A DNA stretch of 48,449 nt. Origin: Clostridia bacterium (GTDB taxonomy: Bacteria > Bacillota > Clostridia > HGM11514). The DNA lies in contig JAZNAU010000045.1 of the NCBI GenBank assembly GCA_045586685.1, forward strand, positions 1-48,449, read 5' to 3'. Positions within the stretch are counted from its first letter, which is position 1, and every line of letters begins with the position of its first letter. This document shows positions 48,409 to 48,449 of the stretch, one piece after another. Below the pieces are notes generated by a model, which saw only the letters and a list, made by a program, of their open reading frames with translations, made no database searches and was not told the DNA's origin. Both the position numbers and the translations under genes were made by a program.

Positions 48409-48449
48409 AAATGAGGCAGTAGCAAAACCATTTTGCTGCTACCTCATTT
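48409..48449 (+). terminator. Hairpin after the Dabb gene
   Basis: AAATGAGGCAGTAGCAAAA-CCA-TTTTGCTGCTACCTCATTT. Confidence 0.65.

Overview
Chromosomal window from a low-GC, spore-forming anaerobe of the Clostridia type (spoIIP, scpAB, [FeFe]-hydrogenase maturases, SLH S-layer gene, SigA/SigE/SigF-like promoters). It is mostly housekeeping: spoIIP, NUDIX, VanW/YoaR, MATE, scpAB, lysA, glgCD, mpg-hydF-hydG-TM1266-type regulator, rpsO-pnp-M16 peptidase, glnS-trmB-glyA-rarA, rny-ymdB, comEC-holA and tRNA-Leu(CAA). Accessory parts are an AT-rich segment at 1-2400 (cdd, a secreted metzincin and a partner protein), two paralogous GT-C-like membrane proteins plus an unknown protein (22.6-29 kb), and a decayed AraR-like regulator locus at the right end. 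No integrase, transposase, cas gene or CRISPR array was seen. The most unusual signals are non-coding: (1) a helically phased array of ten TTTTATAAAA palindromes at 2127-2339; (2) a three-copy repeat switch with a leader peptide and terminator/antiterminator geometry in front of the protease gene; (3) a leader with tandem CUGA-stem-AA modules and a terminator ahead of the hydrogenase-maturation operon; (4) a 189-bp microelement duplicating the tRNA 3' end; (5) a promoter- and terminator-bounded anti-SD sRNA candidate; (6) long structured leaders on rny and pnp. All calls were made by eye without database searches or folding software.
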